Shown here in pieces: positions 34,319-42,129 of a stretch of DNA of 64,000 bases. Origin of the DNA: an uncultured bacterium (GTDB taxonomy: Bacteria; Hydrothermota; UBA3072); NCBI GenBank assembly GCA_964556365.1, contig CAZKVT010000001.1, positions 7,158 to 71,157 of the forward strand. The letters are read 5' to 3'. The position numbers and the translations under genes are program-made. The notes below the pieces were generated by a model. The model saw only the letters and a list, made by a program, of their open reading frames with translations, was not told the DNA's origin and did no database searches. Each line of letters begins with the position of its first letter. Within the stretch, counting starts at the first letter, position 1.

Positions 34319-36064
34319 ATATTATATATTTTACTGTTAACTGCTTCTTACGGAGCAACGATTCTCTCCGACTCCATCGCCATCAAAATCGACCCGGAAG
34401 GCTTAAAAACTTTCGATAGAAAGTTTATAGTACAAATAGAAAATCAACGCGGGAGGGAAGAATTCGGCGACATAGAAATCAGATATAATAATGAACATTC
34501 ACAATTTGAAATTGTCGAGGCATACACGGAAACTGAGAACGGCAAAAAATATGAACCCGATGAAGAAGGAATCGCGGACCTTTCTGCTTATGAAACGGCT
34601 ATAGCACCCATGTATTCTGAAAATAGATTAAAGGTTGTAAGTTTCAAAAAAGTTAACTCCGGAGCAAAAATATGCTATCATTACAGAATAACATCTAAAA
34701 CTTCTTCCGTTTTACCCTTTTCGGGTACTCACGTCTTCCGGGGAAGGTCGCCTATAAAAAAGAAGAGTTTTTCTCTTTTTCTACCCGATACCATGAATAT
34801 AAATTTTAATATCGAACCCGACCAAAAATCAAAAGAGGAAAATGAAATCTGTTATACTTGGGAAAGGAAAAATTTACTCCGTATAAAGGATTACGAATAT
34901 AGACCTCCGTATTCTTATATTGCGGGAGAGCTTATCTTCTCCTCCGCCAATTCCTGGCAAGAAATGGGCGTTTCTGTATACGATATCCTTAGCAAAGAAA
35001 TAAAACCTCTTAAAAGAACAAAAGAAATAGATAAATTATATTTATTTGTCAAAGATTCGATAAGAATAATACCCATTAGTTTACCCCTAACAGGTTCAGG
35101 GATTTTTTCTCCAAAAGAAATTATGAAAAATAAATATGGCGCGCCCAGAGACAAAAACACACTTTTCATCTCTCTACTGCAAGGAGCACAGCATGAAGCA
35201 TTCCCCGCCTTCATCTGTATAGGCTCTTTGAGTAAAGAAACCCTCTATAAAACCTTACCAACTCTATCTCCTTTTTTCCGCCTTGCGACTGCTGTAAACA
35301 TAGGAGACAGCATTCTTTTCTTAGATCCATCATGCAAATACTGCCCTTCAAATTATGTGGACTTTGAAGGCAAAACAGCATGGATAATAAAAAAGGATAC
35401 TTCATACTTCTATAAAGTTCCGAAATCGAACAATAACAAAATAAGCGTCGATAGCCGGTATGAGATTTCAACCGAAGGAAACCTAAAAGCGAAAATTACC
35501 GCGGAAATAACAGGCTGTTTTTTTGAATCCTTTCAATACTGGCTCGATTCCGAGAAAGAAGACACGAAAAAGAAATTCCTGGAATACATACTATCGGAAA
35601 TCTCGGTTTCCGCGAAAGCAGACACAATAAATATAGACATAACAAAAAATAAGGTACAAATAAATTTAACGTTCGAATCTCCGAGATACGCCCCGAAACA
35701 GGGTAAATATATAACAATGAAACTTATCAACAACATAGTACCTTTTTTCCCGCTTTCATCTCTCGTAAATTCAGAAGATAGATTGTATCCTTATTATTTT
35801 GATTTTTCAAACGCGAAAGTAGAAGAAAAAACAATAGTTGTATATCCTAAAACTTTGAATTTAGAGCATTTACCTGAAAATATGGAATTATCCGGAGACG
35901 GATACTTCTTTAAGATAGAATCATCTTCAAAAGACGAGCAAATCAGATTCATCCGAAAAGCTTCATATACCAAAAGAATAATCTCTGAGAAAACAGATGT
36001 TGCCGCGGACATTAAAAAATTTTTAGACGAAAATACACTCGGTGTGCTTTTTGTGGAAAAATAA
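34319..36064 (+). CDS. DUF3857 + transglutaminase-like paralogue lacking the catalytic Cys and His (pseudoenzyme); non-canonical start
   Basis: The tracked ORF starts at 34610, but the frame is open from 34271. Residues upstream of the tracked start (ILYILLLTASYGATILSDSIAIKIDPEGLKTFDRKFIVQIEN...) align to the N-terminus of the upstream paralogue. AAGGAG at 34307-34312 is followed by ATA 34319, ATT 34328 and CTG 34334, with no ATG/GTG/TTG. In the core, KYGAPRD has Pro 35144-35146 in place of Cys, and FRLATAVN has lost the His. Confidence 0.65.
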   Translation: MLYILLLTASYGATILSDSIAIKIDPEGLKTFDRKFIVQIENQRGREEFGDIEIRYNNEHSQFEIVEAYTETENGKKYEPDEEGIADLSAYETAIAPMYSENRLKVVSFKKVNSGAKICYHYRITSKTSSVLPFSGTHVFRGRSPIKKKSFSLFLPDTMNINFNIEPDQKSKEENEICYTWERKNLLRIKDYEYRPPYSYIAGELIFSSANSWQEMGVSVYDILSKEIKPLKRTKEIDKLYLFVKDSIRIIPISLPLTGSGIFSPKEIMKNKYGAPRDKNTLFISLLQGAQHEAFPAFICIGSLSKETLYKTLPTLSPFFRLATAVNIGDSILFLDPSCKYCPSNYVDFEGKTAWIIKKDTSYFYKVPKSNNNKISVDSRYEISTEGNLKAKITAEITGCFFESFQYWLDSEKEDTKKKFLEYILSEISVSAKADTINIDITKNKVQINLTFESPRYAPKQGKYITMKLINNIVPFFPLSSLVNSEDRLYPYYFDFSNAKVEEKTIVVYPKTLNLEHLPENMELSGDGYFFKIESSSKDEQIRFIRKASYTKRIISEKTDVAADIKKFLDENTLGVLFVEK

Positions 36065-36121
36065 AATAGGTTAAACAAACAACAAATTTATTTTATTAAA
36101 CAGCTTTTATAGTGATATCTG

Positions 36122-36191
36122 TTTTACAAATCAACAGGACAGGTATTTGAACTCCATCCGGCAAGACCGCCGAGAGCTACTTTTAAATTAT
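36122..36191 (-). pseudogene. orphan 3'-terminal fragment (about 21 codons plus stop) of an MBL-rhodanese gene; left copy of a 70-nt direct repeat
   Basis: The minus-strand translation is (TGA)NNLKVALGGLAGWSSNTCPVDL(TAA), compared with the C-terminus ..DNLKVALGGLAGWNSNTCPVDL* of the intact gene at 48189..49550. By manual alignment 65 of 70 nt are identical. Confidence 0.8.
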
Positions 36192-36240
36192 TTCATTCCC
36201 CTATACGAATAAACTCTCCCAAATAAACAAAATAGCTTTC

Positions 36241-36269
36241 TTGACATAAGTTAAAAATATGTTTATAAT
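36241..36269 (+). promoter_or_regulatory. consensus sigma70 promoter (TTGACA-17-TATAAT), predicted to give a leaderless transcript of the UbiA-like gene
   Basis: TTGACA is at 36241-36246 and TATAAT at 36264-36269. The ATG at 36275 is only 5 nt after the -10 element and there is no SD. Confidence 0.6.
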
Positions 36270-36274
36270 AAAGT

Positions 36275-37207
36275 ATGCCTGAAGGAAAAACCAAATCAAA
36301 AAAGAACAATAAACCAGAAAGTTTCCTTAAAAGACTAACTAAATATCAAAAAGAACGATTCCCGATAATTCAATATTTAATATATATACTTTTATATGAC
36401 CTTGGATTCTTTATTTTAAGTTCATATTTAGTAAACAAATATGTTTCTTTTTCAAGTATCAATATTATAGGATTTATATCTGTTTTTCTAATTTTCTTCG
36501 AACTACGCTTATTCGATGAAATTAAAGACTATGATATAGACTTAAAATACTCTCCCCAACGACCGGTACAACGAGGCTTAATATCTATAAATGAAGTAAA
36601 AAAAATGTTATTAATCGTTATAATTTTATTATTATTCTGCAATACATTTTATGGAATTCAAAATTTCGTACTTATGGTAATAATTCAGATTTACATTATT
36701 ATAATGGCAAAAGAGTTTTTTATAGGTAAAAAGTTAAAAAAGAATAGAGTACTCTACGCGATGCTCCATATGGTTGTAATGAGCTTAATGACACTTTACA
36801 TAATTTCTCATGCGGTACTTGTTAGTATGTTAAATATACGTCATCTTACACTCCTTGCGATTTCTTACCTGATAGGTTTTATAATCGAAGTGGGAAGAAA
36901 AATCGAAGCTCCAAAGGAGGAGAAACCAGGAGTCGACAATTACTCTAAACTTCTTGGGCCTAAGAAAGCTGCTTACCTTCTATTTTTCCTCACCTTGTTA
37001 AGTTCTATCTTTACTTTTTCAATTTTCATACAATTGAACAATACCGCCGGAATAATTTCCTTATTCTCACCTCTTATAGTATTAATAGGGGTTATAAATT
37101 TTATAATGAACATGAACAAAAGAAATTCCGCTATAATGAATTTCTCGGGCATTATCTATAATATGCTTATCTTCTCGATATTCATCTCAAGTTATTTCTG
37201 GGATTAA
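36275..37207 (+). CDS. UbiA-superfamily-like integral membrane prenyltransferase (divergent)
   Basis: There are about 8 TM helices. The first Asp-rich motif and following loop are LFDEIKDYDIDLKYSPQRPVQRGLIS (compare NDxxDxxxD....RPLPxGxxS of UbiA/DGGGPS enzymes). The second motif is degenerate (EVGRKIEAPKEEKPGVDNYSKLLG). Confidence 0.5.
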   Translation: MPEGKTKSKKNNKPESFLKRLTKYQKERFPIIQYLIYILLYDLGFFILSSYLVNKYVSFSSINIIGFISVFLIFFELRLFDEIKDYDIDLKYSPQRPVQRGLISINEVKKMLLIVIILLLFCNTFYGIQNFVLMVIIQIYIIIMAKEFFIGKKLKKNRVLYAMLHMVVMSLMTLYIISHAVLVSMLNIRHLTLLAISYLIGFIIEVGRKIEAPKEEKPGVDNYSKLLGPKKAAYLLFFLTLLSSIFTFSIFIQLNNTAGIISLFSPLIVLIGVINFIMNMNKRNSAIMNFSGIIYNMLIFSIFISSYFWD

Positions 37208-37208
37208 A

Positions 37209-39833
37209 GTGATTATAAAATTTGATAAGATAACGGAAAAGGATTTACCTTTAATAGGTGGTAAAGCAAAAAATCTATTTCTCCTTTCAAAAACCAAAGT
37301 GCCTGTACCGCCCTGGTACGTTATCCCTTACACTTTTTTTGAAGACTTTTTCAAAAAAAAAGAACCCATTATCAATAGCATACTTAAATCTTTGGATTAT
37401 AACGATATAGACAAATCGTCTTCTTCCTTAAAAAGTATTATCATAAAAGAACCAGACCTCATTAAAAATATTGCGAATCAGATTTATGCGATACCACTAG
37501 ATTTTTTTCCCGTAAGTGTTCGTTCCTCAGGTATTTTTGAGGATCTTGCATCACATTCATTCGCCGGTCAGTATAGTTCTTTCATGAATTTGAAAAAAGA
37601 AGATCTACCCGAATACATATTAAAATGTATTTCTTCAGTCTTTAATAAACAAAACATAATTTATCATTATAAGAATAATCTAGATATTTTAAAAAGTAGA
37701 GTTTCTGTAATAATACAGAAAATGATATACTCCGAAAAATCAGGTGTCATTTTTACTAAAGATCCTTCAACAGGAAAAAACTACGTTGTCATAAATGCCG
37801 CTTACGGACAAGGAGAAGGAGTAGTCTCCGATACAGTAAAAGCAGATACATACATTTATGATAAATTAGGAAATAAAATTAAAGAAATCATAGAAGAAAA
37901 AGATACAAAAATGATGATATCTCTTAATAGAGGTTTAATTATTAAACCTTTAGAAAATAAAGAAAAGAATAAAGCTACTCTTAGCGAAGAAGAAATTAAA
38001 CGGTTAATAAATTTTTCTAAAAAGATAGAGACTCACTTTGGGAATCCTCAGGATATTGAATTCGCCATGGAAGGAAATAATATATACATCTTGCAAAGCA
38101 GAGACATCACAACAATAAAAAAGAAAGCTTTATTAACCTGGGACAATTCCAATATAGTAGAAAGTTTCTCAGGTCCCACAACACCTTTAACTTTTTCATT
38201 TGCAAATGAAGCATACACTATAATCTATCAACTTGTTTTACAGAAATTAGGGGTCAGGAAAAAGGATATTGAAGATAACGAAATGATATTCACCAATATG
38301 ATAGGGTTTATTAATAATAGGGTTTATTATTCACTTAATAGCTGGTTTAAAACATTGTCTTTTCTCCCCGCATATAACTCAAATAAAGGATTTATGGAAG
38401 GTATGATGGGGGTAAAAGATTCTTACGAGCTAAAAGAGAGTAAAAAGAAAAGATTCAGCTTTAAGGGCATATGGGAGTTAATTAAGATTTCAATAAAACT
38501 GTTGATTACATATTTAACGCACGAAAGAAATGTAAAAAGATTCACTAATTTGTATGAAAAAACCATTACTTCATTCAGAGAACGAATTGTTAAGGTAGAT
38601 CATTTAACCGAATACATCGATTTATACAAATTTATGAAGAAAAAACTTCTTTATAATTGGATTACTCCTATAAATAATGATATCTTCACCATGGTTTCCT
38701 ACGGATTATTAAAAAAACATGTTGAAAAAATAATAGGTAAGAATTCAGAAGGTATACAGAATGATTTGCTGTCAGGCGAAGGTGATATTGAAAGCACCAA
38801 GGTAACATATGCAATATGGCACATTGCGGACATGATTAAAGAGAACAAATTCGCTAAAGAAAGCATTAAAAATAATAATTCACAAGAATTTATGTCTATT
38901 CTAAACAACTCGATCGAATTAAAAGATATAAAGAATAAACTTGATGAATTTTTTGAGAAATACGGTAATAGAAGTGTCAACGAACTAAAACTTGAAACCC
39001 CAAATCTCAAAGAGACACCTGAGAAAATATTATCCCTTATAAAGCAGTACGTTTTAAAAAGCGGGGAAAAACCTTATACCGGCGACCAAAAAATTCGCAA
39101 AGAGGCTGAGCAAAAAATCTACGCCGCCCTGAAAAAATATTTCTTTCTCAAGAGATTTTTCACGCACCGTCTATTCAGGTTTTTCCTATCAGACGCAAGG
39201 AGATTTGTAAAGCATAGAGAAAACATGAGATTTTTCAGAACGAACGTTTTTGGCGCTTCAAAAATAATATTTGTCGAAATCGGAAAAAAGTTTGAGAAAA
39301 ATAACATAATAGAAAAGAAACAGGATATATTCTTTTTAACCCTCGAGGAAATAATTTCATATATCTATGGAACTTCCGTAACTTACAATCTTAAAAGTCT
39401 TATTTCTCTACGAAAAAAGGAATACGAGGATTGCGAAAATAAGGAACCCCCAGAACGTTTTGAGACAGAATTCCCTCCATACGCTTATATGAATGATATA
39501 TTCAAAGAGGAAGAAACAGGAAACCTGGGAGGAATCGGGTGCTCTCCCGGCAGAATAAAAGGAAAGGTACAATTTGTTGAAAACCCTTATGATGTTAAGG
39601 CTTTTGGGGATATAATGATAGCGGAACGAACGGATCCCGGCTGGCTGCCTGTTTTCCCCTTATTTAAAGCTATAATAATTGAGAGAGGAAGTATGCTATC
39701 CCATTCTGCCATAGTGGCAAGAGAAATGGGAATCCCTGCTATCGTCGGAGCAAGAGGAATCAAAGATCTACTAAAGGATGGAGATATAGTGGAGATGGAT
39801 GGCAGCACAGGACTAATAAAAAAAGAGCAATAA
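37209..39833 (+). CDS. PEP/pyruvate-binding (ATP-grasp) plus PEP-utilising mobile His-domain protein, rifampin-phosphotransferase-like architecture
   Basis: The N-terminal motifs are LIGGKAKNLFLL and VRSSGIFEDLASHSFAGQYSSF. The C-terminal swivel domain is ERTDPGWLPVFPLFKAIIIERGSMLSHSAIVAREMGIPAIVGA, carrying the phospho-His. A large central helical region is present and there is no PEP-binding TIM barrel. The start is GTG. Confidence 0.8.
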   Translation: MIIKFDKITEKDLPLIGGKAKNLFLLSKTKVPVPPWYVIPYTFFEDFFKKKEPIINSILKSLDYNDIDKSSSSLKSIIIKEPDLIKNIANQIYAIPLDFFPVSVRSSGIFEDLASHSFAGQYSSFMNLKKEDLPEYILKCISSVFNKQNIIYHYKNNLDILKSRVSVIIQKMIYSEKSGVIFTKDPSTGKNYVVINAAYGQGEGVVSDTVKADTYIYDKLGNKIKEIIEEKDTKMMISLNRGLIIKPLENKEKNKATLSEEEIKRLINFSKKIETHFGNPQDIEFAMEGNNIYILQSRDITTIKKKALLTWDNSNIVESFSGPTTPLTFSFANEAYTIIYQLVLQKLGVRKKDIEDNEMIFTNMIGFINNRVYYSLNSWFKTLSFLPAYNSNKGFMEGMMGVKDSYELKESKKKRFSFKGIWELIKISIKLLITYLTHERNVKRFTNLYEKTITSFRERIVKVDHLTEYIDLYKFMKKKLLYNWITPINNDIFTMVSYGLLKKHVEKIIGKNSEGIQNDLLSGEGDIESTKVTYAIWHIADMIKENKFAKESIKNNNSQEFMSILNNSIELKDIKNKLDEFFEKYGNRSVNELKLETPNLKETPEKILSLIKQYVLKSGEKPYTGDQKIRKEAEQKIYAALKKYFFLKRFFTHRLFRFFLSDARRFVKHRENMRFFRTNVFGASKIIFVEIGKKFEKNNIIEKKQDIFFLTLEEIISYIYGTSVTYNLKSLISLRKKEYEDCENKEPPERFETEFPPYAYMNDIFKEEETGNLGGIGCSPGRIKGKVQFVENPYDVKAFGDIMIAERTDPGWLPVFPLFKAIIIERGSMLSHSAIVAREMGIPAIVGARGIKDLLKDGDIVEMDGSTGLIKKEQ

Positions 39834-40712
39834 ATGTCCCTGATAGACTTATATAAAAAGAAAAGCTATTATAAAATAAAAAAATTTAGAAATAAAGATA
39901 GCAGTTTTACAGCTTACATAAGGGATATTAACCAAAAAAAAATTGCAGGATTGGGATTCTTAGATTTAGAGAAAGATTACGGAAATTTTAAAAAGCTAAT
40001 CGAAAATACAGAATTATGGTTTCGAGAAAACCAAATCAATAAATACTATGCTCCTATGAATTTCAACAGCTGGTACGAATATAGGATTGCTTCTGAGCAC
40101 CTTGAAAACACTCCTTTTCCTTTAGAAAAAATATACCCCGATTATTATCTCGATTTTATTAAAAAATCCGGTTTTCTCCCGAGCATAAATTATTTTTCAT
40201 ATATTATAACCAAGCCCGAACCTCTAATGACACATTTAAAACCCTTTGTCAGAAAAATGAGAAAATTGGGTTTTAGAGTTAGAGAGATTACTACCGGAGA
40301 AAAGGATTTAGTTTTAGAAAGCATATATGATATTTCAGTAGAAAGCTTCAAAGGCGCGCCTCTTTTCGAAGAGATACCCTATAAAGAATTTTATTCATTA
40401 TACGAACCTTTAATCTCGAAAATTCAAGAACGTTATATTATAATCGCAGAAAAAAAAGATGTAATTGAAGGCTTCATTTTTTCTCTTCCTTTTGAAGATA
40501 AACTCACTCTTAAAACAGTGGGAGTCAGACCTTCTATTCAAGGAAAATATATAGCTCCCACACTTATTTACGAAACCTATAAAAGAGGATGTGAAGACAA
40601 TTTCAAGAAATTTTTCCACGCTTATATGCGAGAAGGCATTTCAACCCATACCTTCTCGAAAAGGCACGGTGATATTTACCGGAAATACACTCTTTATGAA
40701 AAAATCCTTTGA
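39834..40712 (+). CDS. GNAT-like acyltransferase (tentative)
   Basis: The C-terminal region YIIIAEKKDVIEGFIFSLP...LKTVGVRPSIQGKYIAPTLIYETYKRG resembles the GNAT beta4-alpha3 (R/Q)xxGxG/A acyl-CoA binding segment. The N-terminal half is unassigned. Confidence 0.4.
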   Translation: MSLIDLYKKKSYYKIKKFRNKDSSFTAYIRDINQKKIAGLGFLDLEKDYGNFKKLIENTELWFRENQINKYYAPMNFNSWYEYRIASEHLENTPFPLEKIYPDYYLDFIKKSGFLPSINYFSYIITKPEPLMTHLKPFVRKMRKLGFRVREITTGEKDLVLESIYDISVESFKGAPLFEEIPYKEFYSLYEPLISKIQERYIIIAEKKDVIEGFIFSLPFEDKLTLKTVGVRPSIQGKYIAPTLIYETYKRGCEDNFKKFFHAYMREGISTHTFSKRHGDIYRKYTLYEKIL

Positions 40713-42129
40713 GAATCCGGTAGAACTCGTCTTCGATACAATCAAAGATAAAAAAAAGAAAGCACTAATCCAACCAATTAACAGTCTGTTCAAATTCAGG
40801 TTCGATAGTATATCCTTCGAGGATTTAAAAAGAGAAGCTTTAAGATACTCAAGCCTCTTAAGAAAACATTATAAAATAGGAAAAGGAACCAAAGTGCTAC
40901 TTATGGTTCCCTTTTCTATCGAAATGTATATAAGCGTAATAGCAATATTTCTCCTGGGAGGATGTGTTATTTTCATAGAACCCTGGATTGGCAAAAATTT
41001 ATTTAAAAAAGTTTTGAATTCTGTGAATACAAAATTCGTTATCTCGAGCTTTAAAACCAGAATACTGTTAAGGCTTTTTGGATTTATCGATAGAAATAAA
41101 ATCTTTATCAAACCTGCAATAAGAAATAAAAAAGGGGTACTAATTAAAGAGGAAAAAAACCAAATATCAAAGGCAAATATAGCTGTAATAACTTTTTCAA
41201 CCGGCAGTAGTGGTATACCTAAACCCATAAAGAGGAGTTACGGAGATTTAGAATACCAAATGTATAGACTCTCTCGGCACATAAAAAAAGAGAAAAGCGT
41301 AGACTTCGTCTCTTTCCCCAATCTTGTTCTTTACAGTTTATCCAAACACACTACCACAATTATACCTGAAAAAGGTTTCAAAGGCTCTACCCCTATAAAT
41401 AAAAAAACACTAAAAGACTGTATTGATAAAGAAAATCTCAGCCGCCTGTTCCTCAGTGTTTCGCATCTTTCCACTATAAAAGATAAGGATATCTTTGAAA
41501 AAATCGACTCTATCTATACAGGAGGCAGTACAATCGAAAAAAGCTTTATAAGAAAGTATAACCTCGCGAAAAAAATTCATATTTTATACGGATCCACCGA
41601 AATTGAACCCATAGCAACTATTAATGGTATCGATTTCCTAAGAATAAAGGAAAGAGGAATACCGGTCGGGAAAATAGATAATTCTTTAGAATTAAAAATC
41701 GAACCTATGGAAGAAAACATTGGTGAGATTTTAATAAAATACAAAGATAAAACAAAATCTCCAATGGAATGGATTAGGACGGGGGACATCGGATATTTAA
41801 ATAAAGATAATGTACTGATACTAATGGGAAGAAAAATAGATGTTTTTCCCATTAAGGGAATATATATATATCCTTACGAGATACAAAATATAATGGATGA
41901 AGAGGAAATCACACAAAAGATTATACCCTATGTTAAAAACGAAAGACTTTTAATAATTGTAGAAGGGGAAGAGAATAAAAACATATCAATAAAAATAGAT
42001 AAAGCCCTTAAAGAAAGAAAGATATCTCCGGATAAAACAGTATTTATGAAAGAAATACCAAGAGATCCAAGACATAGAGCAAAAATTGATATGAAGAAAC
42101 TATCTAAAAAGATAAAAAACTATTTTTGA
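40696..42129 (+). CDS. AMP-dependent synthetase/ligase (acyl/aryl adenylating enzyme)
   Basis: The motifs are FSTGSSGIPKPIKRS (A3, T/S-S-G-x-x-G-x-P-K), ILYGSTEIEP (A5) and RTGDIGYLNKDNVLILMGRKID (A7/A8). I prefer the ATG at 40696 (MKKSFENP...) to the tracked 40591, which would overlap the upstream gene by 122 nt. Confidence 0.8.
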   Translation: MKKSFENPVELVFDTIKDKKKKALIQPINSLFKFRFDSISFEDLKREALRYSSLLRKHYKIGKGTKVLLMVPFSIEMYISVIAIFLLGGCVIFIEPWIGKNLFKKVLNSVNTKFVISSFKTRILLRLFGFIDRNKIFIKPAIRNKKGVLIKEEKNQISKANIAVITFSTGSSGIPKPIKRSYGDLEYQMYRLSRHIKKEKSVDFVSFPNLVLYSLSKHTTTIIPEKGFKGSTPINKKTLKDCIDKENLSRLFLSVSHLSTIKDKDIFEKIDSIYTGGSTIEKSFIRKYNLAKKIHILYGSTEIEPIATINGIDFLRIKERGIPVGKIDNSLELKIEPMEENIGEILIKYKDKTKSPMEWIRTGDIGYLNKDNVLILMGRKIDVFPIKGIYIYPYEIQNIMDEEEITQKIIPYVKNERLLIIVEGEENKNISIKIDKALKERKISPDKTVFMKEIPRDPRHRAKIDMKKLSKKIKNYF

